The notes: generated from the letters alone by a model not told the origin. A stretch of 64,000 nucleotides of DNA from Thalassospira sp. (GCA_050299455.1 JBNKVZ010000001.1:28035-92034); one strand, 5' to 3'. Positions 32,309 through 43,393 are shown, numbered from the stretch's first letter. Numbers and translations are program-made.

Positions 32309-33508
32309 TTATTTGCCCTTAAGCGCAAGCCTTAGAACCACATCTGCGGCTTTGTCACTGGGCGGTGTTTGCCCAAAGCCCAGCAATGTCGTTGCCTCGT
32401 CAAAACCGGCAAGTTGCGCATCGCGCGCATCACCCGGGTCAACCAGGCGCTTCATTGCGGCATAAAGTCCGTCCGCCGTGCAGTCTTCCTGCAAATATTC
32501 CGGCACCAACTTGCGTCCCAGCACAAGATTAATGATCGTGACAGTATCAATCTTCAAAAGTTTCCGGGCAAGCCAGGCGCTGGTTGCGCTTACACGATAG
32601 CCTATCACATGGGGCACACCGACAATGCCCAGTTCCAGCGACACGGTTCCAGACGCTGCTAATGCCGCGTGAGCGCTGCTAAAGGCATCCCGGCGCTCTT
32701 GGTCCGTTGCCACGACAATCGTCTTTACAGGCCATTCTGCGACGGTCTGGCGAACAACATCTTCAACCTTGCTGACCGTTGGCATTACAAAGCAAAATTC
32801 TGGATCATCCTGCGCCAAGCGCACAACAACATCACGAAATATGGGCAATAATCGCCCCACTTCGGAATGGCGACTGCCTGGCAATACCGCAATCACCTTG
32901 CTGTCATCGAGAAGGCCGTGTTGCGCGCGAAACCGGCTGGCATCACCGCCATGGCGTTCTTCGACGGCGGAATGACCGATGAAAGTGGTCGGAAGGCCCT
33001 CACGCTCGAAATAGGGCGGTTCAAACGGTAGCAATGCCAGAAGGTGATCCAGGAACTTGGCAATTTTACGCGCCCGACCCGGGCGCCACGCCCAAACCGA
33101 CGGCGCAACATAATGAACCAGAGGAATGCCCGCATTTGCCAGTTTTTTACCAACCCGAAAACTGAAATCCGGTGCATCGATGGTTACGACAATATCGGGG
33201 CGCGCGGTCATCGCCAGGTCAGCCGTTTCCCGAATGCGGCGTAACAGGCGCGGAATATGCGGAATAACTTCCGCCAGCCCCATAACCGACATTTCATTCA
33301 TCGAAAACAGGCTGTGCATCCCCTCGCCGATCATGCGCGGTCCGCCAACACCGATAAAGTCAACATCAGGATATTTACGTTTGATGGCCGCCATTAAACG
33401 ACCACCAAGTTGATCCCCGGATGCCTCACCGGCGACAAGCATGATTTTTACGGGCTGCTTGCCTGATGAGGGAGAATTTTCAGCATCGGTCCCGATATAA
33501 TCACTCAT
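32309..33508 (-). CDS. lpxB: Lipid-A-disaccharide synthase
   Basis: 399 aa. Contains MLVAGEASGDQLGG, YVAPSVWAWRPGR and GTVSLELG. Confidence 0.93.
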   Translation of the reverse strand: MSDYIGTDAENSPSSGKQPVKIMLVAGEASGDQLGGRLMAAIKRKYPDVDFIGVGGPRMIGEGMHSLFSMNEMSVMGLAEVIPHIPRLLRRIRETADLAMTARPDIVVTIDAPDFSFRVGKKLANAGIPLVHYVAPSVWAWRPGRARKIAKFLDHLLALLPFEPPYFEREGLPTTFIGHSAVEERHGGDASRFRAQHGLLDDSKVIAVLPGSRHSEVGRLLPIFRDVVVRLAQDDPEFCFVMPTVSKVEDVVRQTVAEWPVKTIVVATDQERRDAFSSAHAALAASGTVSLELGIVGVPHVIGYRVSATSAWLARKLLKIDTVTIINLVLGRKLVPEYLQEDCTADGLYAAMKRLVDPGDARDAQLAGFDEATTLLGFGQTPPSDKAADVVLRLALKGK

Positions 33509-34346
33509 ATGTCTTGTCGCTCACATCTGGCAGGCCAATCAAAAAAAGCCCTAACTGGTTTGCTTTTTGTATGACGGCCGCCCGATCAATGATCATAGTG
33601 CCCCCAGCCTGAACGGCAATCCCGGCCAATCCGGCCATGTGGGCTTGCTCGAGGGTCGTGATACCAATAGCTGGCAGGTCAAGCCGTTTGTCTTGTTGGG
33701 GTTTGCTGGTTTTAACCAACACCCCGCCAGCACCTGGGCGGGCATACCCCGCCGACCGGCGTATCATCTCATCCGTGCCTTCAATTGCCTCGACCGCCAA
33801 TACCAGCCCCTGCTGAACAATACATCCCTGTCCAACATCCACTCTGCCAAGAATTTTGGCAATTTCCAGCCCGCGTTTTGCATCCGCCAAAGCCTGTTCG
33901 TTGGGGGAAACGGCCCCCAAAGTCCCTTCGGGTGTAACCAGATCAGCCATAATTTCGTGTGCACCGACAAGGCGGAAACCGTCCCGCTCCAGCTCGTGCC
34001 CGATGATACGCAGCAAGCCGTCATCGCCGAGCGATTTAAAACCGATTTTTGCCAGTAGTTTCGCGCCGCGCAAATCCGGACGAATAGATGCAAATGACGG
34101 ACGTTTTACCTTCCCGGCCAAAACAACGTCCACGCAGCCTTCATGCTTTAACCGCGACAGGATTTTTCCAGCTGCCCCTAACCGAATAACCTCATAGGGG
34201 GCACCCAAGGCATCGGGTGCATCGCAATGCCCCTCAAGTGCAACAACGAACACCGCCCGCCCCGACGCTTTTGCAGCATCGACAAGGCGGGCGGGAAGAT
34301 CTCCACCACCAGCGATCAGGCCAATTTTACCCTGCGGAGCTGTCAT
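33501..34346 (-). CDS. lpxI: UDP-2,3-diacylglucosamine hydrolase LpxI (DUF1009)
   Basis: 281 aa lying between lpxA and lpxB, overlapping both. Contains IGLIAGGGDLP and VDVGQGCIVQQGLVLAVEAIEGTDEMI, typical of the LpxI family. Confidence 0.85.
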   Translation of the reverse strand: MTAPQGKIGLIAGGGDLPARLVDAAKASGRAVFVVALEGHCDAPDALGAPYEVIRLGAAGKILSRLKHEGCVDVVLAGKVKRPSFASIRPDLRGAKLLAKIGFKSLGDDGLLRIIGHELERDGFRLVGAHEIMADLVTPEGTLGAVSPNEQALADAKRGLEIAKILGRVDVGQGCIVQQGLVLAVEAIEGTDEMIRRSAGYARPGAGGVLVKTSKPQQDKRLDLPAIGITTLEQAHMAGLAGIAVQAGGTMIIDRAAVIQKANQLGLFLIGLPDVSDKTYE

Positions 34347-35130
34347 ATCTTGGGGTACAGACAGAGCGTGTGCTCTCTGCTTTCAGAAAATTAATGATTT
34401 CCATGACCGGGCCGACATCGGCAAAGTCCTTGGCGACTTCCTCAACACGTTCGGCCAGCGTTCCCTCATGGGCGAAGACAAGACGATACGCTTTGCGCAG
34501 GGAATGTATCGTTTCACGGTCAAAGCCACGGCGTTTAAGGCCGACGATATTGAGCCCTGACAAATAGGCGCGGTTACCAATAACCGACCCATAAGGAATA
34601 ACGTCGCTTTCGACACCCGTCATCCCGCCAATCATGGCATGTCGACCAATACGAACAAACTGATGAACCGCAGATAACCCGCCAACAATGGCAAAATCAT
34701 CGACAAGGACATGCCCCGCCAGCGTCGCATTATTCACCAGGATACACTGGTTACCCACCCGGCAATCATGGCCAATATGCGCCCCCGCCATTACCAGGCA
34801 ATCATCCCCGACAGATGTCAGCATACCGCCGCCTTCAGTGCCGGGATTCATGGTGACACCTTCGCGAATTTTGGTGCGTTGACCAACCACCAGTCGCGAA
34901 GCCTCGCCCTTGAATTTAAGATCCTGCGGCGCATGACCGATTGAGGCGAAGGGGAAAACAACGCATTCTTCGCCCAATGTGGTATGTCCAGCGACCACCA
35001 CATGGGAATGCAGTTTGACCCCGTCCCCCAGAACAACCGAAGCGCCCACCATGCAATAGGGGCCGATTTCGACATCCTGACCGAGCTGCGCACCGTCTTC
35101 GACAATTGCTGTCGGATGCACGTTTGCCAT
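34327..35130 (-). CDS. lpxA: Acyl-ACP--UDP-N-acetylglucosamine O-acyltransferase
   Basis: Starts MANVHPTAIVEDGAQLG and carries left-handed beta-helix hexapeptide repeats. ATG 35130 lies 2 nt after the fabZ stop; the ORF-track start 35136 is a TTG. Confidence 0.95.
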   Translation of the reverse strand: MANVHPTAIVEDGAQLGQDVEIGPYCMVGASVVLGDGVKLHSHVVVAGHTTLGEECVVFPFASIGHAPQDLKFKGEASRLVVGQRTKIREGVTMNPGTEGGGMLTSVGDDCLVMAGAHIGHDCRVGNQCILVNNATLAGHVLVDDFAIVGGLSAVHQFVRIGRHAMIGGMTGVESDVIPYGSVIGNRAYLSGLNIVGLKRRGFDRETIHSLRKAYRLVFAHEGTLAERVEEVAKDFADVGPVMEIINFLKAESTRSVCTPRYDSSAG

Positions 35131-35132
35131 TA

Positions 35133-35582
35133 TCAATTATCCCGGATCATCGCAGCAATCGTTGCTTCGGCAACAACTACGCCGTCAACACGAACTTCAC
35201 TTTCAAATTTCCAGACCGGCCCACGGCTTTGTTTTTTCCGCACATGAATATACATCACATCGCCTGGCACAACCGGCTTGCGGAAACGCGCACTATCGAT
35301 GCTCATGAAATAAACCAGTTTGCCTTCTGAATCAGCGCCCAGCGTATGGACCACCAAAATGGCAGCTGTCTGCGCCATTGATTCAATAATCAGCACACCC
35401 GGCATGATCGGCTGCTGCGGGAAATGACCGGCAAATTGCGGTTCATTCATCGTCACATTTTTAACACCGACAGCCGCTTCATCTGCCGCAATATCGATGA
35501 CCTTGTCGATCAGCAAGAACGGATAACGATGCGGGATCATCTCCAGAATACGCTGGATATCAACATTTGCCAGTTCGGTCAT
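35133..35582 (-). CDS. fabZ: 3-hydroxyacyl-ACP dehydratase
   Basis: 149 aa. Contains [35 protein letters not shown]. Confidence 0.95.
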   Translation of the reverse strand: MTELANVDIQRILEMIPHRYPFLLIDKVIDIAADEAAVGVKNVTMNEPQFAGHFPQQPIMPGVLIIESMAQTAAILVVHTLGADSEGKLVYFMSIDSARFRKPVVPGDVMYIHVRKKQSRGPVWKFESEVRVDGVVVAEATIAAMIRDN

Positions 35583-35593
35583 AAACAGTGCCC

Positions 35594-36613
35594 TTATTTC
35601 TTTTTTCGTATCAGTCGCGAAAGCGCAACTGTCTGCTTGTGATATTCCATCATGGGGACAGCCGGGCTGCCACCAACAACATCGCCTGGTTTCATATCTT
35701 TCATGACACCAGCCTGCGCGGCAACTTTTGCACCATCACCCAATGAAAGGTGCCCGGTAATACCGGCCTGGCCGCCAACGACAACAAAATGTCCCAGTTT
35801 CGTCGACCCGGAAATGCCAACCTGTGCCACAATGACACAGCCCATACCCATTTCAACGTTATGGCCGATTTGCACCAGATTGTCGATACGGCAACCATTT
35901 CCGATCACGGTGTCGGGGCCGGCACCACGATCAATGGTCGCATTGGCACCAATCTCGACATCATTGCCAATCACGACGCGCCCCAATTGCGGGACTTTCA
36001 GGTGGCCCTGTGCGCCCATCGCAAAACCGAAACCATCCTGGCCAATCCGCACACCGGAATGAATAATGCACAAATTACCTACCAGCGTATGTGTCAGTGC
36101 GGCACCCGGGCCAATATAACATCCTGCGCCAATGACAACACCACGGCCAATCACGGCATTGGCCGCAATGCGGCTACCATCGCCAATTTCGGCGTTTTCT
36201 TCAATCACCGCACCCGGATCAATCTGGACATTATTGCCAATATGGGCGCTGGGGTGAATGTGGGCAGCCTCGGAGATTTCACCATTTGCGCCTTCTGCCG
36301 GATAAAATGCCGTCGCAGCCTTGGCATAGGCACGATAGGGATCGTCACTAGTCAAGACGATCATGCCTTCCGGGGCGCGATCTGCAAATTCCGGCCGGGC
36401 AAAGCAAGCACCGGCCTTACTGGAAATAAACGAATCAATATATTTGCGATTATCAAAAAAACTCAGGCAGGTTTCATCCGCAACCTGCAAAGGTGCCACA
36501 TCGACAAAAGACCGGCTTGCGCCGGTCGTTTGTACAAGCGTTGCCCCGGAAATCCTGGCGATCTCCGCTGCATCGAATGGCCCTTTGCGTTTAAAAAAAC
36601 GCGTATCTGCCAT
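35594..36613 (-). CDS. lpxD: UDP-3-O-acylglucosamine N-acyltransferase
   Basis: 339 aa with extensive hexapeptide repeats and an LpxD N-terminal domain. The start overlaps the skp stop (TGATG). Confidence 0.95.
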   Translation of the reverse strand: MADTRFFKRKGPFDAAEIARISGATLVQTTGASRSFVDVAPLQVADETCLSFFDNRKYIDSFISSKAGACFARPEFADRAPEGMIVLTSDDPYRAYAKAATAFYPAEGANGEISEAAHIHPSAHIGNNVQIDPGAVIEENAEIGDGSRIAANAVIGRGVVIGAGCYIGPGAALTHTLVGNLCIIHSGVRIGQDGFGFAMGAQGHLKVPQLGRVVIGNDVEIGANATIDRGAGPDTVIGNGCRIDNLVQIGHNVEMGMGCVIVAQVGISGSTKLGHFVVVGGQAGITGHLSLGDGAKVAAQAGVMKDMKPGDVVGGSPAVPMMEYHKQTVALSRLIRKKK

Positions 36614-37191
36614 CAGGGTGCTTCCTTAAATTTAACAGTCATGGACGGAATGGCCGCATTGATCTTTTCAAAAATCTCTTTGGTCGCATCCATCGCATTG
36701 GCATGAAGGATAACCTGGCTTTTATGCAAAACCAGCGTTGCCTGGCGTTCTTCTGCAACGTCAGCAATAATTTCAATCAGCTTCTTTTGAAACTTGATCC
36801 GCGCTTCATTCACAGCTTCATCCAGGACCTTGTTGCGGCCTTGGGCAAATTTCTGGAATTCAGCCACTTTCTTTTGAAATTCGGCGCGTTTTTTCTGCAG
36901 CACGTCTGCACTTAACAAGGTGCGCTGCTGAGCAAGTTTCTGGTCTTCCTCGCGAAGCGCCTGTTGGCGTTTCTCGATTTCAGCCTGATAGGAATCACGG
37001 CGCTTTTCGACCTGCTTTCGCATGTCCTGCATCGCAGATGCTTCGCGCATGATGCCTTCAAAATCGACGATCATGACAACCGCCGTCGTGTCCTTGGGGA
37101 CCGCCGGCGTTTGGGCGTGCGCCTGCACACCCAAACCCGTTACCATCAGCGCAATCAGAAGAAATCTTTGGGCAGTTTTCATCATATACAT
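36613..37191 (-). CDS. OmpH/Skp family periplasmic chaperone
   Basis: 192 aa. It has a signal peptide ([16 protein letters not shown]) and a charged helical body. It lies between bamA and lpxD. The start may be one of the ATGs at 37185 or 37182. Confidence 0.85.
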   Translation of the reverse strand: MYMMKTAQRFLLIALMVTGLGVQAHAQTPAVPKDTTAVVMIVDFEGIMREASAMQDMRKQVEKRRDSYQAEIEKRQQALREEDQKLAQQRTLLSADVLQKKRAEFQKKVAEFQKFAQGRNKVLDEAVNEARIKFQKKLIEIIADVAEERQATLVLHKSQVILHANAMDATKEIFEKINAAIPSMTVKFKEAP

Positions 37192-39512
37192 CAGAATCTG
37201 GTTCCGAAGTTCAGTCGGAACACTTCCTCTTTGTCATAATCTTCTTTGAGAATAGCCTTCGAAAGGTCGACACCAATCGGGCCAAACGGAGATTCCCAGC
37301 CTACCCCAACACCAACAGATCCACGAAGAGATCCGGTATCAAAAACTTCACCGGGACGGTCGCCATCAACCCCTGATGCCGAACCGAAATCCGAGAAGAC
37401 ACGCCCCTTAAGGGCAAATTCCGACGGCAGCCCCAGCGGGAAGTCCATCTGGACAGTACCGGCATAATAGAATTTGCCGCCGACAGCGTCATCACTGGCC
37501 TTATCACGCGGTCCAACACCCCCGGCAGCAAAACCACGCAGACTTGAACCGCCAAGCAGGAAGCGCTGCGAAATACGCGTATCTTCGCCAATCCCGAAGA
37601 TATAACCAGAAGAACCCTTGGTGCTCAGAATCCACTCTTTCTGACGATCAAGCGGGAAATAATACCCAGCTGATACACGGGTCTTAAGATAACGTTCCGA
37701 ACCACCAAAACCGGCCAAATCATTGGAAACCTGAGCAAAATAACCGTCTTTTGGCGAAACCGAGCTATCGCGCTGATCATAAGTCAGGGTCTGACCAATG
37801 CTCGATTCGGTAAATTTAGGATCTTCGTCGCGCAGCAAACGTGCCGCATCAGATTTCACATCGGAATATTCATCAAGCTCAAGACCATAACGGACCTGCT
37901 GGCTCAAATGCTCGGTATAGTTATAACCGGCACGCAGACCAAAACCTGTCTGTTTTTCATCATATGAGCTCTCGTCCTGGTTATCATGTTCCCGACGGAA
38001 AACATCAAAACCGGCACTGACATCACGATTAAGGAAATAGGGTTCGGTAAAGGACAGATCAACCTGACGGTTACGACCACCAACCGTGAAACCCAAACGC
38101 AAATCTTGGCCGCGACCCAACAGGTTACGTTCACGAATACCCGCCTGACCAAAAGGCCCCTGGTCGGTACCGTAACCAGCACCAATCGAAAACTCACCGG
38201 TCGATTTTTCATCGACATCAATCTCGACAACCGATTTGTCCGGCTCGCTCCCCGGCAGGGTTTTAACGTTAACCGTTTTAAAGAAGTTAAGGTTTTCAAT
38301 ACGCTGGCGCGAACGGTTCAGTTTGGACGTGCTAAAGGCATCGCCTTCCACAAACCGGACTTCACGACGAATAACTTCGTCAAGTGTGCGCACGTTACCA
38401 ACGACATCAATACGTTCAACGTAAACCTTCGGCCCCTTGGTGATGTCGAAAGTCACGTTGATCGTGTTGTTTTCACGATCCCGCTTAATAACCGGCTTGA
38501 TGTCCACAAAGGCATAACCGCGATCCCCGACATAATCGGTCAGGGATTTGATCATGTCTTCAACGACGTCTGAATTGTACCAGTCGCCTTTTTCCACCTT
38601 GATCAACGGCTTCAATTTATTAACGTCAAGCTTATCGATCTCGGAATTGATCTTCACATCACCAAACTTGTACCGTTCGCCTTCGCTAACAGTGTAGGTG
38701 ATAAAAAAGTCCGAGCGGTCCGGCGTCAGTTCAGCAACCGAAGAAAGCACCTGGAAATCGGCATAGCCCGCCGAAAGATAGAACCGACGCAGCAATTCGC
38801 GGTCAAACGTCACACGATCGGGATCATAATTGTCGTCTGATGTCAGAATCTTCCACCAGGCACTGGTCGTGGTCCGAATCACACCCTGCAATTCGTCATC
38901 ATCGAAGGCTTTGTTGCCGACAAAGTTGATGCGGCGTATGCCGGTTGCTTCGCCTTCATTGATTTCAAAAACAAGGTCAACGCGGTTCTGATCGCGCTGA
39001 ATAACCTTTGGTGTCACCGTCGCGGCGAAACGCCCAGAGCGACGATACAGGTCAAGAATACGCTGAACGTCGGCCTGAACCTTTGTCCGGGTGTAAACCA
39101 CACGCGGTTTCAGCTGAACTTCAGCCTTCAAGGCGTCGTCTTTCAGACGCTTGTTCCCTTCAAAGGCAATCCGGTTGATGATGGGGTTTTCCACCACCTT
39201 CACAACCATCGTGCCATCCTTGTAGGAAATGGAAACGTCCGCGAACAGATCCGTGGCAAACAATGCCTTGAGCGATTCGTTGATTTTTTGTGGATCATAT
39301 TCGTCGCCGGCGCGGACCTTGAGATACGCATCCACCGTACCGGTTTCGATACGGTTATTCCCTTCCACGCGGATCTGCTGGATGGTGGGATAGTTCTGAG
39401 CCTGAGCATCCACCGGCAGGAATACCGGAGCCGTGGCGCCCGCAAGGGCCACCATCATCGCAGCAGTTCGCATTTTTCGCAGCAAAACCAACCCCCTGAT
39501 ATGTGCAGTCAT
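37191..39512 (-). CDS. bamA: Outer membrane protein assembly factor BamA
   Basis: 773 aa. It has a signal peptide, five POTRA-like repeats and a C-terminal beta-barrel ending in the ...FRLNFGTRF aromatic terminus. Confidence 0.95.
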   Translation of the reverse strand: MTAHIRGLVLLRKMRTAAMMVALAGATAPVFLPVDAQAQNYPTIQQIRVEGNNRIETGTVDAYLKVRAGDEYDPQKINESLKALFATDLFADVSISYKDGTMVVKVVENPIINRIAFEGNKRLKDDALKAEVQLKPRVVYTRTKVQADVQRILDLYRRSGRFAATVTPKVIQRDQNRVDLVFEINEGEATGIRRINFVGNKAFDDDELQGVIRTTTSAWWKILTSDDNYDPDRVTFDRELLRRFYLSAGYADFQVLSSVAELTPDRSDFFITYTVSEGERYKFGDVKINSEIDKLDVNKLKPLIKVEKGDWYNSDVVEDMIKSLTDYVGDRGYAFVDIKPVIKRDRENNTINVTFDITKGPKVYVERIDVVGNVRTLDEVIRREVRFVEGDAFSTSKLNRSRQRIENLNFFKTVNVKTLPGSEPDKSVVEIDVDEKSTGEFSIGAGYGTDQGPFGQAGIRERNLLGRGQDLRLGFTVGGRNRQVDLSFTEPYFLNRDVSAGFDVFRREHDNQDESSYDEKQTGFGLRAGYNYTEHLSQQVRYGLELDEYSDVKSDAARLLRDEDPKFTESSIGQTLTYDQRDSSVSPKDGYFAQVSNDLAGFGGSERYLKTRVSAGYYFPLDRQKEWILSTKGSSGYIFGIGEDTRISQRFLLGGSSLRGFAAGGVGPRDKASDDAVGGKFYYAGTVQMDFPLGLPSEFALKGRVFSDFGSASGVDGDRPGEVFDTGSLRGSVGVGVGWESPFGPIGVDLSKAILKEDYDKEEVFRLNFGTRF

Positions 39513-40615
39513 CCGCCGGCCAGGCCCTTGAAGAAATTCCAGACGCCCAGATGCGACAGATCATTCCATGTTGCAAAAATGATTAAGCTGAATACCAAAC
39601 CCGCGCCCAGACGGAAACCATATTCTTGCGCTTTCGCACTCATAGGTTTACCGCGCAACGCTTCGATCAGGTAAAAAACCAGATGTCCACCATCAAGAAG
39701 CGGAACCGGCATAAGATTGATCAACCCCAGACTAACCGACAAATAGCCCATGAAAGACAGCAAGGGTGCAATTCCACCTTCTGCCACCTGACCTGACATC
39801 TGTGCGATCCGGATGGGGCCACCAAGTTCCGAACTATCCCGCGTACCCGCAATCATTTCGCCAATCGCGCTGAATGTTTGCGTGACAATTCCGAAAGTTG
39901 TGTTAACGCCATGCCCGATTGCGTCAAAAATTCCATCCCGCTGGGAAACAAATTTGCCCGCAGTGACACCAAGGCGACCAAAAGTCTTGGCTTCGGGGCC
40001 TTTGCCCTCGGTTACAGCCTGTGGCGTTGCCTGAAGGTCAAGGGTGTTGTCCCCCCGCTTAACGGTCAGATCAACCTGCTGGCCCGGATTTTCATGGATC
40101 AGAACATAAAGTTCGTCAAACCATTCAATCTGTTTGCCATCCACAGCGACAATTTTGTCATTGGGCTGCAAACCGGCAGCCGCAGCAGCACTATCGGGTG
40201 AAACTTCACCAACGACCGGCAAGGCGCGTTGCTGGCCAACAGCGGCAAACAGCACCGTGAAAATGACAATTGCAAAAATGAAGTTGGCCAACGGACCTGC
40301 AAAAACAATCGCGGCACGCGCCAGCAGCCCCTTGTGGTGAAAGGCATGCTTGCTTTCTTCTTCATCAAGGTCATCGCGCATGCCGGCACTGGCAGGGTTC
40401 ATGTCACCATACATTTTGACATAACCGCCCAGCGGCAAGGCGCTGATCTTCCAGCGCGTTCCACTTTTATCGTTCCAGCCGACAATTTCCGGGCCAAAAC
40501 CGATAGAAAAGGATTCGACCTTTACCCCCGCCTTGATTGCGACCCAGTAATGTCCGAACTCATGTACAAAAACCAGCACAGACAGAACAAAAAGAAACGC
40601 AAGAATAGTAACCAT
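39509..40615 (-). CDS. rseP: RIP metalloprotease RseP (site-2 protease, M50)
   Basis: 368 aa. Contains HEFGHY zinc motif, a PDZ domain, and NLMPVPLLDGGH. Confidence 0.93.
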   Translation of the reverse strand: MVTILAFLFVLSVLVFVHEFGHYWVAIKAGVKVESFSIGFGPEIVGWNDKSGTRWKISALPLGGYVKMYGDMNPASAGMRDDLDEEESKHAFHHKGLLARAAIVFAGPLANFIFAIVIFTVLFAAVGQQRALPVVGEVSPDSAAAAAGLQPNDKIVAVDGKQIEWFDELYVLIHENPGQQVDLTVKRGDNTLDLQATPQAVTEGKGPEAKTFGRLGVTAGKFVSQRDGIFDAIGHGVNTTFGIVTQTFSAIGEMIAGTRDSSELGGPIRIAQMSGQVAEGGIAPLLSFMGYLSVSLGLINLMPVPLLDGGHLVFYLIEALRGKPMSAKAQEYGFRLGAGLVFSLIIFATWNDLSHLGVWNFFKGLAGG

Positions 40616-40644
40616 CTAGCAGTGTTCCTTGGTACAGACGGGCC

Positions 40645-41811
40645 TTAACGGGCCGTTTGGGTGATCAAGTCTTCGGCGCTGCGGCGTGCAACATCATCGA
40701 CGACAAACACATGGTCGATATCAGCCAGCTTTTCATCCGCATGGGAAGCCATAACGTCTTCGACAAGTTTTGCAATATCGAGAAAACCAATACGGCCCGC
40801 CAAAAAGGCCGCAACAGCAACTTCATTCGCAGCGTTAAGAACAATAGGCACGGTGCCCCCGCTTCGCAAGGCTTCACGCGCCAAACGCAGGGCAGGAAAA
40901 CGCTCTGTATCGGGGGCCTCAAAACTGAACTGCCCAATTGCGGCAAAATCAAGTCGCGGCAACGACAATTCAAGCCGGTCAGGCCATCCCAAAGCATAGG
41001 CAATCGGCGTGCGCATATCTGGCGTTCCCAGCTGTGCCAGCACCGCCCCATCAACATATTCAACCATGCTATGGATCACCGATTGCGGATGCACCAGAAT
41101 TTCAATCTGGGGCTCTGGGACCGGGAACAAACGACAGGCCTCAATGAGTTCCAGGCCCTTATTCATCATGGTCGCAGAATCGATCGAAATTTTGGCCCCC
41201 ATACTCCAATTGGGATGGGCCAAAGCCTGTTCTCGATTGACAGAAGCCATATCGGCCATCGACCAGGTCCGAAACGGCCCGCCTGACGCAGTTAACAAAA
41301 TGCGCTCAACCTTGTCGGCCGCATCATGATCCAACACCTGGAAAATCGCACTATGTTCGGAATCGACAGGGATAATCGTGGCGCCAAATTTGCGCACCTC
41401 GGCCATCATCAATTCGCCGGCACAGACCAGCGTTTCTTTGTTGGCAAGACCAATAACCGCGCCGCGCCGCACAGCTGCCAGGGTGGCCCGCAAACCCGCA
41501 GCACCGACAATGCCGGCAATCACAATATCGGAGGGGCGTTCAGCCGCCTCTATCAGGGCATTTTCCCCTGCCCCGGCCTCAATACCCGTCCCGGACAAAG
41601 CAGATTTCAAATCATCATAAAACACCGGATCGGCGATTACCGCGTAACGGGCATCAAGCTCGATTGCCATCCGGGCAAGGTCAGTCACATTACGATGGGC
41701 TGTTACCGCATCGACACGGTAACGATCAGGATGGGCCAGCACCACATCAGCCGTGCTTTTACCGATCGAACCGGTAACGCCCATAATGCAAACAGATTTC
41801 GTCACCGACAT
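40645..41811 (-). CDS. dxr: 1-deoxy-D-xylulose 5-phosphate reductoisomerase
   Basis: 388 aa. Contains GVTGSIGKST, LANKETLV, DSEHSAIFQ and NKGLE. Confidence 0.95.
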   Translation of the reverse strand: MSVTKSVCIMGVTGSIGKSTADVVLAHPDRYRVDAVTAHRNVTDLARMAIELDARYAVIADPVFYDDLKSALSGTGIEAGAGENALIEAAERPSDIVIAGIVGAAGLRATLAAVRRGAVIGLANKETLVCAGELMMAEVRKFGATIIPVDSEHSAIFQVLDHDAADKVERILLTASGGPFRTWSMADMASVNREQALAHPNWSMGAKISIDSATMMNKGLELIEACRLFPVPEPQIEILVHPQSVIHSMVEYVDGAVLAQLGTPDMRTPIAYALGWPDRLELSLPRLDFAAIGQFSFEAPDTERFPALRLAREALRSGGTVPIVLNAANEVAVAAFLAGRIGFLDIAKLVEDVMASHADEKLADIDHVFVVDDVARRSAEDLITQTAR

Positions 41812-41851
41812 CCGGCACCAATCTTAAAAACCGGCCCAATACCTGGCATCA

Positions 41852-42688
41852 TCAATGCAGGGTCAGGCCGAAAAAATAAACAATCACAAACGCAACAGGC
41901 AAAACCGATAACATGCCATCAGCCCGGTCAAGAAAACCACCGTGGCCGGGAATCAGATTGCTGCTGTCTTTTACACCAAAACGCCGTTTAAGGGCAGATT
42001 CTGCAAGATCACCGATTTGCGCAACAATGGCCAAAGCCGCACTGGTCAGCGTAATCGCAATAATCGACGTCCCCCCACTAAACGAGACAATCAATCCACC
42101 AATTAAACCTGCGCAAATCATGCCACCTACCAACCCGGCCCAGGTCTTCTTGGGGCTGAAACGCGGTGCCAGCTTCGGACCGCCAATCGCCCGACCAAAG
42201 GCATAAGCCCCCGTATCCGTTGCCCAGACCGTCAAAAACAGCCACATGATCAGCAACAAACCATCCGGGTGCCAGGCCCGCATCCATTGCACGGCCAAGG
42301 CGGCAGCGGGAATAAAAACCGTTCCGGCCAGCACCAAACCCCGTTCGCGCCCGCTGGCCAATGTCGTTATCGCCGCCACCACAATGACGGGCAGCAAGGC
42401 CGTCATCGCTGGCGACACCGACTGCAGATACATTGACAGGGCAAGACCAACGCCGGAAATCGCTGTTAACGGCATGGCGCGGCCCGGGCTGCACATCCGC
42501 ATCCATTCCCAAAGCATCGCGATGCTGAAAACAAGGATGAGAAGACCGAACCAGGGAGACCCGAACCAAGCAGCGGCAATCGCCACCGGCGCCATCACCA
42601 AAGCGGATAAAATACGCAGACCAAGGCCGGATTTCACGGCACCGGTTACATCAGAGGACTGCGCCAAAACGCCGCTCCCGCCCGGCAA
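41852..42688 (-). CDS. cdsA: Phosphatidate cytidylyltransferase
   Basis: Polytopic membrane protein with the CDS signature SALKRRFGVKDSSNLIPGHGGFLDRADG. The start is uncertain: 42688 is a TTG that overlaps uppS by 38 nt, and a GTG at 42637 just after the uppS stop is an alternative. Confidence 0.88.
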   Translation of the reverse strand: MPGGSGVLAQSSDVTGAVKSGLGLRILSALVMAPVAIAAAWFGSPWFGLLILVFSIAMLWEWMRMCSPGRAMPLTAISGVGLALSMYLQSVSPAMTALLPVIVVAAITTLASGRERGLVLAGTVFIPAAALAVQWMRAWHPDGLLLIMWLFLTVWATDTGAYAFGRAIGGPKLAPRFSPKKTWAGLVGGMICAGLIGGLIVSFSGGTSIIAITLTSAALAIVAQIGDLAESALKRRFGVKDSSNLIPGHGGFLDRADGMLSVLPVAFVIVYFFGLTLH

Positions 42689-43391
42689 AATTCTCTATTG
42701 CCCGCTCCAGATGTTTCCGATCAAAATCAGGCCACAACACGTCGTCAAAGACGAATTCGGTATATGCACACTGCCATAAAAGAAAATTGCTAATGCGTTG
42801 CTCGCCACTGGTCCGAATGAGCAGGTCCGGGTCCGGCATTCCTGCTGTTGCGAGGCTTTGTTCGATCAAATCCTCGGTCACATCGGATGCGGCAATCTCG
42901 CCTTGCTCAACACGCCTTGCAATGGAGCGCATGGCATCGGCAATTTCGGCACGCGAACCGTAACTCAGGGCGATTGTCAGCTTCAATCGGGTATTACTGA
43001 CTGTCCGCTTCTCGGCATCTAGCAGTAATTCCTGGATGTCGTCGGCAAAACGGGAGCGATCCCCGATCACGCGAACACACACCCCGTTTTTTACCAGCGC
43101 GGAAAGTTCGCGTTTGATAAACATCCGAAGCAAGCCCATCAAATCGCTCACTTCCCCTTCGGGGCGTTTCCAGTTTTCGGTCGAAAAACCGTAAAGGGTG
43201 AGAAATTCGATTCCAATATCCGCGGCTGCCTCTACGGTACGACGCACCGCTTCCACCCCGGCCCGATGGCCAAAGGTGCGGGGTTTACCTCGCGCACGCG
43301 CCCAACGCCCGTTGCCATCCATAATGATGGCAACGTGACGCGGCAGAAGTTGGCTGCCCGAAGGCTTTAGGTTCGATGCCAGAACAGTCAT
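42651..43391 (-). CDS. uppS: Undecaprenyl diphosphate synthase
   Basis: 246 aa. Contains HVAIIMDGNGRWA, LTLYGFSTENWKRP and RTSGEQRISNFLLWQ. Confidence 0.95.
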   Translation of the reverse strand: MTVLASNLKPSGSQLLPRHVAIIMDGNGRWARARGKPRTFGHRAGVEAVRRTVEAAADIGIEFLTLYGFSTENWKRPEGEVSDLMGLLRMFIKRELSALVKNGVCVRVIGDRSRFADDIQELLLDAEKRTVSNTRLKLTIALSYGSRAEIADAMRSIARRVEQGEIAASDVTEDLIEQSLATAGMPDPDLLIRTSGEQRISNFLLWQCAYTEFVFDDVLWPDFDRKHLERAIENFAGRERRFGAVL

Positions 43392-43393
43392 GG

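Noticed and set aside
42651-42688. 38-nt uppS/cdsA overlap as a possible programmed overlap or frameshift site
   Set aside because: The overlap exists only if cdsA starts at the TTG at 42688. A GTG at 42637 just downstream of the uppS stop gives a normal CdsA N terminus. I saw no slippery heptamer.
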